Source: Alphaproteobacteria bacterium
GTDB lineage: Bacteria > Pseudomonadota > Alphaproteobacteria > SP197
Assembly (NCBI GenBank): GCA_965228895.1
Contig: OZ245842.1
Location: 640,001-704,000 of the forward strand
DNA length: 64,000 nucleotides
Reading direction: 5' to 3'
Part shown: piece after piece, positions 39,356-49,372 of the stretch
How positions within the stretch are numbered: the stretch's first letter is position 1
How the letters are laid out: the number at the start of each line of letters is the position of its first letter
Notes under the pieces: model-generated
Seen by the model: only the letters and a program-made list of their open reading frames with translations
What the model was told of the DNA's origin: nothing
Database searches by the model: none
Program-made: the position numbers and the translations under genes

Positions 39356-39951
39356 GCTGCCGTTGTCCCACCGCCATAGCGGCCGATGGTCTCCCCGCCG
39401 ATCTGAATGCCAAGGGCGTTGATGATGCGCGCCCAGTAGGCAAAGCAGGCGGCGGCCTGGGCGGTCTCCAGGATCTCGACATCGCTGGCGCCGGCATTGC
39501 GGGCCGCAGCGACGTCCTGTTCCGTCATGTCGCCGGGAGTTTGGTTCAGCTTGTGGGCATAGGTGACGAGGGCGGCGAGCTTGGCGTCCAGAACATCCGC
39601 GTGCTTGCCGGCGACGGTGGCATCCAGCATGGCGTCCGCCTTGGCAGCGTCACCGACCAGGTCGCGCAGGTTGGCCGCGTGATGGGTCGTCGCGTAGTGG
39701 CAGTCGCAAAGCCGCGCGACCATGGTGCCGACCAGTTCCAGGAACCAGTCGGGCATGTCGCTGTCGGGATTGTGGAGAATGGCGCGGTAGTGGCCGTCGG
39801 CCCACAGAATGGGCTCCGGCCGCAACGACATCGCCTTATAAAGATTATGCACGGAACCGTCCGCACGGCGGATCTTTTCATACGTCTCGGCAAGAGCGCC
39901 CTCGGCGTCCTCCGGTTCTACGACATCGAGCCAACAGATCGCTTCGGCCAT
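39352..39951 (-). CDS. AhpD/carboxymuconolactone decarboxylase-like peroxidase-related protein
   Basis: C..Y...H motif (CDCHYATTHH), VHNLY..SLRP, ARIINALG. Confidence 0.75.
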   Translation of the reverse strand: MAEAICWLDVVEPEDAEGALAETYEKIRRADGSVHNLYKAMSLRPEPILWADGHYRAILHNPDSDMPDWFLELVGTMVARLCDCHYATTHHAANLRDLVGDAAKADAMLDATVAGKHADVLDAKLAALVTYAHKLNQTPGDMTEQDVAAARNAGASDVEILETAQAAACFAYWARIINALGIQIGGETIGRYGGGTTAA

Positions 39952-40040
39952 GGCACAGTTCCTCCCGGCGGCCCGCCTGGACTCCCTGGCCGGCGGGCTC
40001 TGATCCGTCAGCCTAAGAACCGATCCGGTCACCCGTCAAG

Positions 40041-40054
40041 ACTGTGATCACAGT
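40041..40054. promoter_or_regulatory. GntR-type operator candidate 1
   Basis: Perfect palindrome ACTGTGATCACAGT upstream of the ahpD-mttB-decarboxylase operon. Confidence 0.75.
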
Positions 40055-40062
40055 TTTGCGGA

Positions 40063-41133
40063 TCAAAGGCCGATTTCCCAGCACGGCTCGAAGGCGCGGG
40101 CGGCGCCGGCATGGCTGTCGCGCAGGGCAACCATGTCGTCACGGTCGAGAAACGCAAACCGGCCGTCCTGCCACAGGGGCTCGCCTTCGAACGTGATCGT
40201 GGCGTCGATCAGCACCGGTGAGATTTCGCCCGGCGGGTAGTCGCCGCAGGTATGAAAATGTGTATAGCGCGGGCTGTTGAAAGCGACCGTGCCCCAGCGG
40301 GTCAGCGAGTCGGCGACGCGCTGGTCGTACCACGTCTTCGGGTGGATGCCTGCGTGCCAGGAATGGACGTTCCGGCCGTCGATTCCGAACAGCCCGGCGA
40401 CGTAGTCGTAATGGTTCTCGACTCGTTTGGCCTCGGGCCCGGTGAAGCCTGAGATACGGCCGCCGTCGATCTCCAGAACGACCGGTTCATCGACGACGAA
40501 TCCGGCGGGCTCATAGACCCGGTTGAGCGTCGGGCTGATCCAGCGTGTCGCCAGGCGTCCAGCCATGTCGCCGGCGCCGAGCGGGCGGAAAACCCCGATG
40601 GGGAACAGTCCCACGGTGAAATCGCCGTCCTGGCTGTCGGGTTCGAACGGCGCTGACGTGGCCTCAAGATCGGTGCCCATGGGGCATGTGATGTGCCAAG
40701 TGCCGCCCTTCGCGATGCGCTTGTTGAGACGGTCCAGGACATCGGCCATCAGGCCGTGGGGCACCCGGCAGAAGTCGGATCCCAACAGGTCGAGATTGAG
40801 CGCGTAGGTCATGGTTTTGCTGCAATGGCCGGGCGTCTCGCAGAACCGGAACTGATCGCCGATCCGGGCGAAAAAGACCGTGTGATCGACCGCCTGCATG
40901 GCCTCGGCCACCGAATCGGGGAAGTGTTGCGGGCCATCCAGGGCGGGCGCCATCAGGGTTTCGGCCTGGCATCCGATGTCTGCTGCAACGCCGCTCACAA
41001 AGTCAGCGACCGACGGATCGTAGTCATCGCCACCGTCGCTCTTCACCACCAGCACGCGGTCGCCGGCAGCGGCCCCAATACAGGCCTGAAGCAGGTTGAG
41101 AGCGCCGGCCTCGGCCCTTGCCTGATTATCCAT
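40063..41133 (-). CDS. Uncharacterised metalloprotein, possibly peptidase M29/NicX-like fold
   Basis: ITCPMGTDL, EPVVLEIDGGRI, His-rich HSWHAGIHP and HFHTCG, DATITFEG. Confidence 0.5.
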   Translation of the reverse strand: MDNQARAEAGALNLLQACIGAAAGDRVLVVKSDGGDDYDPSVADFVSGVAADIGCQAETLMAPALDGPQHFPDSVAEAMQAVDHTVFFARIGDQFRFCETPGHCSKTMTYALNLDLLGSDFCRVPHGLMADVLDRLNKRIAKGGTWHITCPMGTDLEATSAPFEPDSQDGDFTVGLFPIGVFRPLGAGDMAGRLATRWISPTLNRVYEPAGFVVDEPVVLEIDGGRISGFTGPEAKRVENHYDYVAGLFGIDGRNVHSWHAGIHPKTWYDQRVADSLTRWGTVAFNSPRYTHFHTCGDYPPGEISPVLIDATITFEGEPLWQDGRFAFLDRDDMVALRDSHAGAARAFEPCWEIGL

Positions 41134-41159
41134 GGCACCTTGCCTCCTTATCATCGGAG

Positions 41160-41177
41160 AATCTGTGATCACAGATT
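41160..41177. promoter_or_regulatory. GntR-type operator candidate 2, overlapping a possible -35 box
   Basis: Perfect 18-bp palindrome AATCTGTGATCACAGATT; TTGACA at 41176-41181. Confidence 0.8.
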
Positions 41178-41218
41178 GACATACATGCCTCCGCCTGAGC
41201 AAATTGCCGTTGAATACT

Positions 41219-42475
41219 ATGACCGGCTACTCCTTCTTTCGCCTCGCGGCAAGCGCCTTGGGCGTCGCCCAATCCGACGGTCCCGTCTTCGGTCGAGCGG
41301 TGCCCAAGCCGCGCTATGACGTGGTCATCGTCGGTGGCGGCGGTCATGGGCTGGCGACCGCGTACTATTTGGCCAAGCAACACGGCATCACCGATGTCGC
41401 GGTGATCGAGAAGGGCTGGCTCGGCGGCGGCAACACCGGACGCAACACCACGATCGTGCGCGCCGACTATCTGTTGCCGGGCAACCGGGAATTCTTCGGC
41501 CACGCGCTTGCCATGTGGCCCGGTCTGTCGCGCGAGCTCAACTTCAACATCATGTTCAGCCCGCGCGGTTATCTCGATCTCGCCCACACCGACGGCCAGC
41601 TCGACCACTTCATCCGCCGCGCCAACGGCTTGCGGCTCAACGGCATCGAGGCGCGTATTGTCGACCTCAAGACCTTGCGCGACTTGGAACCGGCCCTGGC
41701 GATCGGGCCGGAGCCGCCGGTCCCGGTCCTCGGTGGCTTGGTGCAGGACGGTGCGGGAACCGCGCGCCACGATGCCGTGGCCTGGGGTTATGCGCGCGGT
41801 GCCCACGGGCTCGGGGTCGACATCGTTCAGAACTGCGAGGTCACCGGCTTCAAGTTCGCGAGCGGGCGCATCGCCGGTGTCGAGACCGATCGCGGCACCA
41901 TCGCGACCGATACGGTCGTGGTCTCCGTCGCCGGTCATTCCAGCCGGGTAGCTGCCTTGGCCGGCCTTGCCCTGCCGATCGAAACCTACGCGGTGCAGGC
42001 CTTTGTCAGCGAACCGCTGAAGCCCGTTCTGCGGCGCGTCACCAACATGAATATCGGCTTTGCCTATGCCAGTCAGACCGACAAGGGCGAGATCGTCATG
42101 GGCGGCAACCTCGAGCCCTTGGCGAGCTATGCCCAGCGCGGCAGCATCGTGCGCGTCGGTGAGGTCGCGGCGAAGCTGGTGCACATCCTGCCGTTCCTCA
42201 GCCGCGTGCGCCTGATGCGCGCATGGAGCGGCATCGCCGATATCGCGGCGGACGGCAGCGCCATCGTCGGACCGACGCCGGTCGGCGGCCTCTATCTGAA
42301 CGCCGGATGGGGGTACTCGGGCTTCAAGGCAACGCCGGCGGCGGGCTGGTGCATGGCCCACACGGTGGCGAGCGGCAAGCCCCATCCCCTAATCGAACCT
42401 TTCTGCCTTGACCGGTTCGCGACCGGTGCCCTGCTCGACGAAGGCGGCACCGGCCCCTACACCTGGCTGCACTGA
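41219..42475 (+). CDS. soxB: Heterotetrameric sarcosine oxidase-like beta subunit
   Basis: GGGGHGL, NTGRNTT, ARHDAVAWGYA, GFKATP. Confidence 0.85.
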   Translation: MTGYSFFRLAASALGVAQSDGPVFGRAVPKPRYDVVIVGGGGHGLATAYYLAKQHGITDVAVIEKGWLGGGNTGRNTTIVRADYLLPGNREFFGHALAMWPGLSRELNFNIMFSPRGYLDLAHTDGQLDHFIRRANGLRLNGIEARIVDLKTLRDLEPALAIGPEPPVPVLGGLVQDGAGTARHDAVAWGYARGAHGLGVDIVQNCEVTGFKFASGRIAGVETDRGTIATDTVVVSVAGHSSRVAALAGLALPIETYAVQAFVSEPLKPVLRRVTNMNIGFAYASQTDKGEIVMGGNLEPLASYAQRGSIVRVGEVAAKLVHILPFLSRVRLMRAWSGIADIAADGSAIVGPTPVGGLYLNAGWGYSGFKATPAAGWCMAHTVASGKPHPLIEPFCLDRFATGALLDEGGTGPYTWLH

Positions 42476-42484
42476 GGCCGCGCG

Positions 42485-42742
42485 ATGCTGATCATCCCTT
42501 GCCCCTGGTGCGGCGCGCGCGACGAAAGCGAGTTCAGCTATGGCGGTACAGCGCAACCCCTGCCACCGCTCGATGCGGACGCCGCTGCTTGGCAGCGCGC
42601 ACTTTATGTCCACGACAATCCCAAGGACTGGCACGAGGATCTGTGGTTTCACGCGTTCGGTTGCGAACGCTGGTTTGTCGTGCGCCGCCACACGGTGACC
42701 CAGGAGATCGCCGGTAGCGCACCGCCGGGGAACCGGCCATGA
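42485..42742 (+). CDS. soxD: Sarcosine oxidase-like delta subunit
   Basis: CPWCG, EFSYGG, W.H..GC Zn ligands. Confidence 0.88.
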   Translation: MLIIPCPWCGARDESEFSYGGTAQPLPPLDADAAAWQRALYVHDNPKDWHEDLWFHAFGCERWFVVRRHTVTQEIAGSAPPGNRP

Positions 42743-45708
42743 GCGCGGGGTATCAGAGGTTCCGTCTGGCGGAGGGCGGTCTGATCGACCGGACCCGGCC
42801 GCTCTCGTTCACCTTCAATGGCCGCCATCTGACCGGTTATGCCGGCGACACGCTGGCTTCGGCCCTAATGGCGAACGGCATCGATGTGGTGGCGCGCAGT
42901 TTCAAATACCACCGTCCGCGCGGCGTCATGACCGACGGGCCGGAGGAGCCGAACGCCGTCGTCACCGTGGGTGAGGGGCCATTGCGTACGCCTAACCTCA
43001 AGGCGACGGAGGTCCTTCTATCAGACGGTCTTGCTGCCCAGTCGCAGAACTGCTGGCCGTCGGTTGATCGCGATCTCGGCGCCATTGCCGGCCTTGCCGC
43101 ACCACTGCTCGGTGCCGGCTTTTACTACAAGACCTTCATGGCGCCGCGCGCCGCCTGGCCGTTGTTGTATGAGCGGTTAATCCGTCACGCAGCAGGCATG
43201 GGGAAGGCGCCTGAAGGTCCCGACACCGGTGCCTATGAACACAAGCATGTCACGTGCGACGTGTTGGTGATCGGCGCCGGTCCGGCAGGCCTGATGGCGG
43301 CACGAAACCTGGTGCAAGCCGGCCTGCGGCTCATCCTGTGCGACGAACGGCCACGGCCCGGCGGCGCGCTGACCGGGACCTTGGATGCCATCGACGGTGA
43401 GCCCGGCGCCACATGGGCTGCCCGTGTTGCCGATGACCTCGCGGCCATGCCGTCGGCGTCGGTCTTGGCGGACACGACCGCCGTATGGCTGGGCGACCAC
43501 CGGCTGGTGACGTTGGTCGAGCGGCGAAGTCACGGTGCCGAACGGCTCTGGCTGGTTCGTCCGCGCCATATTGTCCTGGCCACTGGCGCCATCGAAAGAC
43601 CTCTCTGTTTCCCCGGCAACGACCGGCCGGGCGTCATGCTGGCATCGGCGCTGGGTGCCTATGTTCATCGCTATGGGGTCGCGCCCGGTCGACGTGCCGT
43701 CCTCCATGCCAACAACGACTCCGGTTACGCCTCCCTCGAGGCTCTGCGTCATGCCGGGATCACGGTCGCGGGCGTGGTCGATCTGCGCCCGCGCGAGATG
43801 ATTGGTAAGGCCGCACTGGAGAAGGCGCGAGGATTGGACATCCTGGACGGCCACAGGGTTGCCGCGACGGCCGGCCGGCACCGCCTTCACCATGTCAACG
43901 TCGCGCGGCTCGACGATGACCGTACAGCCGAGCGGTTCGAAGCCGATCTGCTGTGTCTCGCCGGTGGTTGGTCGCCGACCCTGCACCTGCTGGCCCATCG
44001 CGGCGTGGCCATGCGCTATGACCGCCAGCGCGCGGCCTATGTTGCCGATGCGCCGGGCGACGACGTGACAGTCGCCGGTGCCGCGGCAGGGGTGGCCGGT
44101 CTTGCCGATTGTCTTGCCGACGGTGCCAAGGCGGCGGTCGCGACGCTGGGTGTCTTGGGTCGTGGCGCTAGGCCCCCCGAAACTCCCGAAGTCGCGGCGG
44201 AGACAGGATTGCCGCCTGGCGGGATCGGCGGGCCCTGGTGCAGCGCGCGCACCGGTAAACGCCGGCGAAAAGCCTTTGTCGACTTCCAGAACGATGTGAC
44301 TGCCGGTGATCTTGCGAGCGCGGTCGACGAGGGCTATGGCGCGATCGAGCACCTAAAGCGCTACACGACCGCCGGCATGGGCACCGATCAGGGCAAGCTC
44401 GGCAATGTCGTGGCCATCGGCGTGGTGGCCGAGCTGACCGGACACCCGATCGACCAGGTGGGCCACACCACCTTTCGCCCGCCCTATACGCCTGTCACCT
44501 TGGGTGCGCTTGTCAGCCACGCCAAGGGCGAGCATCTGTTCGCCACCCGGCAGACGCCGTTTCATGATCGTCATCTGGCCGCTGGCGCGCTGATGGAGCT
44601 GTCGGGTGCCTGGCATTACCCAAAGTACTATCCGCGTGACGGTGAGACGATGGAGGCGGCCATTGCCCGCGAGGTCAGCGCCGTCCGGAGCCGTGTCGGG
44701 TTTGTCGATATGTCGACGCTCGGCAAGGTCGAGCTTTATGGGCCCGACGCCGGCCAGTTCCTGGACCGCGTCTATGCCAACCGTCTTTCGACCTTGGCCG
44801 AGGGGCGTTGTCGTTACGCGTTGATGTTGCGCGAGGACGGCATGGTCTATGACGACGGCACGGTGACGCGCATGGCGAAGGACCGCTGGCACATCACCGC
44901 GTCGACCGCCCATGCCGACGGCGTCCTGCGCCATCTTCACCGCTTGCACCAAGTTGAATGGCCGAACCTTGATGTCGCACTGCTCGACGTGACCGAACAA
45001 TGGGCCGGCCTTGCGCTTGCCGGTCCCAGCGCGCGAGATGTGCTGAGCCAACTGTTGCCCGAACTCGACACGTCTCAGGCGGCCTTGCCCTTCCTGGGTT
45101 ATCGGGAGACCAGCCTTGGCGGGCAGGTCCTACGTATCTTCCGTATCACTTATTCGGGCGAACTCGCCTACGAAATCTATGTCGGCGCACACCATGCGGA
45201 CGTGTTGTGGGATGCGGTTGTTGCAGCGGGTCGGCCCCATGGCATCACGCCTTATGGGGTCGAGGCGCTGGATGTCATGCGCATTGAGAAGGGCCATGTT
45301 GCCGGCAGCGAGATTGACGGTCACACGACGCCGGGCGACTTGGGCCTTGGCCGCATGGTGAAGCGCGACACGCCGTTCCTGGGCAGTGCTCTGCTCAATC
45401 GGTCGGGCGTGAGTGAGGCCACCCGCCACGTGCTGGTTGGTTTGGTGTCGGCAGACGGACGCACGGCCATTCCGCGCGGCGCGCTGCTGGTTGCCGAAAC
45501 AGCCAGGTCGCAAGCGCTCGGCCATGTCACCGCGTCCGTCTTCAGTCCGACGCTCGACAAACCCATCGCGCTCGCCATGCTGAGCAGTGCCGAGGCCCAT
45601 GACTCCGCCCGGCTGCGCGCGGTGTCGCCTTCGGCTGGCCTCGATGTGGCGGTCACCTTAGCCGCGATGCCGTTCTATGATGCTGCGGGTGAACGGATGC
45701 GCGCATGA
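42739..45708 (+). CDS. soxA: Sarcosine oxidase-like alpha subunit
   Basis: RSFKYHRPRG, GFYYKTFM, FVDFQNDV, KRYTT.GMGTDQGK, GcvT-like folate-binding domain. Confidence 0.9.
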   Translation: MSAGYQRFRLAEGGLIDRTRPLSFTFNGRHLTGYAGDTLASALMANGIDVVARSFKYHRPRGVMTDGPEEPNAVVTVGEGPLRTPNLKATEVLLSDGLAAQSQNCWPSVDRDLGAIAGLAAPLLGAGFYYKTFMAPRAAWPLLYERLIRHAAGMGKAPEGPDTGAYEHKHVTCDVLVIGAGPAGLMAARNLVQAGLRLILCDERPRPGGALTGTLDAIDGEPGATWAARVADDLAAMPSASVLADTTAVWLGDHRLVTLVERRSHGAERLWLVRPRHIVLATGAIERPLCFPGNDRPGVMLASALGAYVHRYGVAPGRRAVLHANNDSGYASLEALRHAGITVAGVVDLRPREMIGKAALEKARGLDILDGHRVAATAGRHRLHHVNVARLDDDRTAERFEADLLCLAGGWSPTLHLLAHRGVAMRYDRQRAAYVADAPGDDVTVAGAAAGVAGLADCLADGAKAAVATLGVLGRGARPPETPEVAAETGLPPGGIGGPWCSARTGKRRRKAFVDFQNDVTAGDLASAVDEGYGAIEHLKRYTTAGMGTDQGKLGNVVAIGVVAELTGHPIDQVGHTTFRPPYTPVTLGALVSHAKGEHLFATRQTPFHDRHLAAGALMELSGAWHYPKYYPRDGETMEAAIAREVSAVRSRVGFVDMSTLGKVELYGPDAGQFLDRVYANRLSTLAEGRCRYALMLREDGMVYDDGTVTRMAKDRWHITASTAHADGVLRHLHRLHQVEWPNLDVALLDVTEQWAGLALAGPSARDVLSQLLPELDTSQAALPFLGYRETSLGGQVLRIFRITYSGELAYEIYVGAHHADVLWDAVVAAGRPHGITPYGVEALDVMRIEKGHVAGSEIDGHTTPGDLGLGRMVKRDTPFLGSALLNRSGVSEATRHVLVGLVSADGRTAIPRGALLVAETARSQALGHVTASVFSPTLDKPIALAMLSSAEAHDSARLRAVSPSAGLDVAVTLAAMPFYDAAGERMRA

Positions 45709-46187
45709 CGAAACTCGCGGAACACACGCTGCTCGCTGTACTGCGCCTGCGCGGGCGGGAGACAGGTGACGGTCCGCCAGCAGGGATCGATCTGCCGTTG
45801 CCGCCAGATGTTGGTCAGGCCGGCCATCAAGGCGCCCGCAGTGTTGTTAAGGTCGAACCGGGTGAGTGGCTTGTCGTACAGCGCAACCACGAGTCGGAAC
45901 CGGCGTCGTCAGGCTTTCCCGGCGAGGTGGCCGCCTTCGATGAAAGTGGCGCCTGGCGATTACTCAGTCTGGAAGGCAGCGCGGCCCGCGATGTCGTCGC
46001 GCAATTCTGCCCGATCGATTTCCAGACGACAGGGATGGATGAGGTATGCGGCTTTGCAACACAGCTCAGCGGCCATCCCGTTGTGGTCTTTCCCCGCTCT
46101 GGCGCGCTGATCGAAATCCTGGTTCGCCGCAGCTATGCGGCGTCGCTAGTGGCGTTGATCAACGACGCGATCGTCCGGTCTCCTTGA
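45705..46187 (+). CDS. soxG: Sarcosine oxidase-like gamma subunit (short, divergent)
   Basis: PGEWLV, D.SG, CPIDF, VRRSYA; position after soxA. Confidence 0.7.
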   Translation: MTKLAEHTLLAVLRLRGRETGDGPPAGIDLPLPPDVGQAGHQGARSVVKVEPGEWLVVQRNHESEPASSGFPGEVAAFDESGAWRLLSLEGSAARDVVAQFCPIDFQTTGMDEVCGFATQLSGHPVVVFPRSGALIEILVRRSYAASLVALINDAIVRSP

Positions 46188-46866
46188 CTTTTGTCGGTCG
46201 GTCGTCGCTGGCCGGATCGCTGCCATCGGCGAGCTGGTCGTAGACTTTGGTGCCCCAGCCGATGTCCTGCTCGACAAGTTCGCGGGCCAGCTTGGCGTTG
46301 CGCACGCGGATCGCCTCGGCAATGCGGGCATGCAACAGGCGCCAGTCTTCCGTCGTCTCCATGACGCGGACGACGTCGGCCAGATAGGGGCCGGACTGCG
46401 CCCACAGCCCCTCGATGATCGAGGTCAGCTCCGGGTTGCCGGCGCCGGTATAGATGGTGAAGTGGAAACTGTAGTTGTCAGCCAGATAGTCGCGCCGGAC
46501 GCCGTCCTTGATGTGCTCGTTGGTCTGATGGGCCAGCCGTTCGAGCTCGTCGATCTGGGCGGCGGTCATGCGTGGTGTGGCAAGTTCCGTCGCCGCGCCC
46601 TCCAGGTTGGCGCGCAGGAAGAACAAGTCCGATACGCGCTTGGGATCGAGCCTGGGCACACGAAACGAGCGGTTGGCCGACGAGACAAGCGCCCGTTCCG
46701 ATGCCAGGCGTTTCAGCGCTTCGCGCACGGGCATCATGCTGGTGCCCATCTTCTCCGCCACCGTGCGGATCGAGAGCGCACTGTCGGGCCCATGCTCGCC
46801 GACGATCAGCGACCACTTGAGTTGCTGGTAGATCTGCTCGCTGAGCGTTGCCTCGCTTCGCGCCAT
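46159..46866 (-). CDS. GntR (FadR/FCD)-family regulator
   Basis: GTSMMPVREALKRL HTH, N.SFH FCD motif. Confidence 0.9.
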   Translation of the reverse strand: MARSEATLSEQIYQQLKWSLIVGEHGPDSALSIRTVAEKMGTSMMPVREALKRLASERALVSSANRSFRVPRLDPKRVSDLFFLRANLEGAATELATPRMTAAQIDELERLAHQTNEHIKDGVRRDYLADNYSFHFTIYTGAGNPELTSIIEGLWAQSGPYLADVVRVMETTEDWRLLHARIAEAIRVRNAKLARELVEQDIGWGTKVYDQLADGSDPASDDRPTKVKETGRSRR

Positions 46867-48515
46867 CAGTTGCCTGCCGCCCGCTGTCCGGTTTGACGCC
46901 GATACTCCATGACCTCCTCGAGCCAGCCGACCCTGAGATCAGGCACCGAGCTCAAGAGCAGATCAGTATAGGCGTGATGAGGTGGCCGCAGCACCTCTGC
47001 GGTCGGCCCGGCTTCAACGACCTCGCCATAGCGCATGACCGCAACCTTGTCGGCGATACGCGCGATGGTCGAGATGTCGTGCGAGATAAAGACATAGGCG
47101 ACATTCAGGCGTTCCTGCAGTTCGTCGAGCAGTTCCAGAATCGATTCGGCCACCACCGTGTCGAGGGCCGAGGTGATTTCGTCGCAGATGATCAACTTCG
47201 GATCAGCAGCCAGCGCACGGGCTAGGTTGACGCGCTGCTTCTGGCCGCCGGAAAGCTCGCGCGGGAAACGTCTGGCGAAAGATGGGTCGAGCCCGACCAG
47301 TTCCAGGAGTTCCTCGACTCGCTGATCGGCGGTCTTGCGGTTGGCGCCGAAGTAGAACGCCAGCGGACGGCCCAGGATCTTTGCGATCGTATGGCGCGGG
47401 TTGAGCGCCACGTCGGCCATCTGGAAGACAATCTGGACCTCGCGCAACTCATCACGCGTGCGTTGCTTCAGCGAGCCGGCCAGCGGGCGTCCATCCAGCA
47501 TGACCTCGCCCTCCCAGGGCGTCATCAGGCCGCTGATCACCCGTCCCAAGGTCGACTTGCCAGAGCCGGACTCACCGATGACGCCGACCGTTTCCGATGC
47601 TGAGACGTCGATCGACACGTCTTTGAGCGCGGGAACCTCGCGCTGGGCGCCGTAACCCGAGAAGACGTTCCTGACCTCAAGAAGGGGCTTGCCGCCTTGC
47701 GATGGACGCTGCATCACCTCCACAGGCATCACGTGGGCGGCATCGATCAGTTCCTTGGTGTAGCTTTCTTGTGGGTTGCCGATGATTGTTTCAGTTGGGC
47801 CGTACTCGACCATACGTCCGTCCTTTAGGACCAGGATCTCGTCGGCGATCTGGGCGACGACGGCGAGGTCGTGGCTGACATAGATGGCCGAGGTCTGGTT
47901 CTCGTGGACCAGGTTCTTGAACGCCTGCAGCACCTCGATCTGGGTCGTGACGTCGAGCGCCGTGGTCGGCTCGTCGAGGATCAAGAGCCGGGGACTGCAC
48001 ATCATCGCCATCGCCGCCATCAGGCGCTGCAACTGGCCGCCGCTGACCTGATGGGGATAGCGCTGGCCAATGGTCTCCGGTGACGGCAGGTCCAGTTCGC
48101 CATAGAGCACGGCGGCTTTCTTGGTCGCGTCCTCACGGCTCATCAGGCCGCGGATCAGCGGAATCTCGGTGACCTGCCGGTTGATCGACAGCGCGCCGTT
48201 GAACGAAGCCGCCGCGCTTTGGGCGACATAGGAGATGTTGACACCGCGCATCTGCTGACGCCCGACGAGGTCGAGTTGCAACACGTCCTTGCCGTCGAGC
48301 AGGATTTCGCCGCCTTTGAAGGCGCAGCCCGGACGGGTATAGCCGAGGCAGCCGAGCGAAATCGTCGTCTTGCCCGAGCCGGATTCGCCGATCAGCGCGA
48401 CGACCTTGCCGGGCGCGACAGAGAACGAGATGTCTTCGACGATCGGCGTGTGTTCACCGCGCCGGCCGACGGCGTCGACCGACAGGTTGCGGATATCGAT
48501 GACATTGCCGGTCAT
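46866..48515 (-). CDS. Dpp/Opp-type ABC ATP-binding protein with two ATPase domains
   Basis: Two GESGSGK Walker A motifs, SGGQ signatures. Confidence 0.93.
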   Translation of the reverse strand: MTGNVIDIRNLSVDAVGRRGEHTPIVEDISFSVAPGKVVALIGESGSGKTTISLGCLGYTRPGCAFKGGEILLDGKDVLQLDLVGRQQMRGVNISYVAQSAAASFNGALSINRQVTEIPLIRGLMSREDATKKAAVLYGELDLPSPETIGQRYPHQVSGGQLQRLMAAMAMMCSPRLLILDEPTTALDVTTQIEVLQAFKNLVHENQTSAIYVSHDLAVVAQIADEILVLKDGRMVEYGPTETIIGNPQESYTKELIDAAHVMPVEVMQRPSQGGKPLLEVRNVFSGYGAQREVPALKDVSIDVSASETVGVIGESGSGKSTLGRVISGLMTPWEGEVMLDGRPLAGSLKQRTRDELREVQIVFQMADVALNPRHTIAKILGRPLAFYFGANRKTADQRVEELLELVGLDPSFARRFPRELSGGQKQRVNLARALAADPKLIICDEITSALDTVVAESILELLDELQERLNVAYVFISHDISTIARIADKVAVMRYGEVVEAGPTAEVLRPPHHAYTDLLLSSVPDLRVGWLEEVMEYRRQTGQRAAGN

Positions 48516-48517
48516 GA

Positions 48518-49372
48518 TCAAAGGTCGTCCGGCAGACTGGCATCGTTGCGCCGGAGATACCAGTCGACCAGCAGGTTGATGCTGATCGTGATGGCGGCGA
48601 TGCAGAGCGCCGGGTAGATCGGCGCGAAGGTACCGTAGAGCAGGCCCTGCATGTTCTCGCGGATCAGGACGCCCAGATCGGCTTGCGGCGGCTGGACGCC
48701 CAGACCCAGGAAACTGAGGGCGGAGATGAAGAGAATCGCGTAAGTAAAGCGGATACCGAACTCCGCCGCCAACGGCACCAGGGCATTGGGCAGGATCTCA
48801 TGCCACATCAGCCAACCGAATTTCTCACCGCGCACGGTCGCCGCCTCGATGTAGTCCTGGACCACGATGTCGACGCCAAGCGCGCGCGCAACACGGAACA
48901 CCCGCGTCGAGTCGATAAAGGCGATGGTGATGATGAGCACCGGGATCGACGGCCCGAGCGCGGTGAGCACGATCAACGCCAGCATGATCGACGGGAAGGC
49001 GATGAGGGCATCGACCAGACGGCTGATCAGCATGTCGAAGCGGCCACCGAAGACGGCGGCCAGGAACCCCAGGCTGCAGCCGACAAAAAATGCCAGGAAC
49101 GCGATCGCCAGCGAGACCGCAACAGTCAACCTGAGACCATAGAACAGCCGCGAGAATAGATCGCGGCCCAGATAGTCGCTGCCCAGCAGCAGGCCATCGC
49201 CGGGCGCTGCGAAACTGCTGTTGGTCAGGATCTCGCCTTCGCGATAAGGCGCCAGCCAGGGTGCGAGGATGGCTGCCAGCAGGATCAACAGAATGACGAG
49301 CAGGCATACGGCCGCTGTCGGCGTCAGATCACGCCTGAACTCGCGAAAGGCTATGGCGGCCCGCGTCGCCAT
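48518..49372 (-). CDS. DppC-like ABC permease
   Basis: LLGSDYLGRD, SFLGLGVQPP. Confidence 0.92.
   Translation of the reverse strand: MATRAAIAFREFRRDLTPTAAVCLLVILLILLAAILAPWLAPYREGEILTNSSFAAPGDGLLLGSDYLGRDLFSRLFYGLRLTVAVSLAIAFLAFFVGCSLGFLAAVFGGRFDMLISRLVDALIAFPSIMLALIVLTALGPSIPVLIITIAFIDSTRVFRVARALGVDIVVQDYIEAATVRGEKFGWLMWHEILPNALVPLAAEFGIRFTYAILFISALSFLGLGVQPPQADLGVLIRENMQGLLYGTFAPIYPALCIAAITISINLLVDWYLRRNDASLPDDL

Noticed and set aside
46159-46187. Convergent 3' overlaps (soxG/gntR 29 nt; 26445-26453 9 nt)
   Set aside because: Short tail overlaps are common in GC-rich genomes and show nothing functional by themselves
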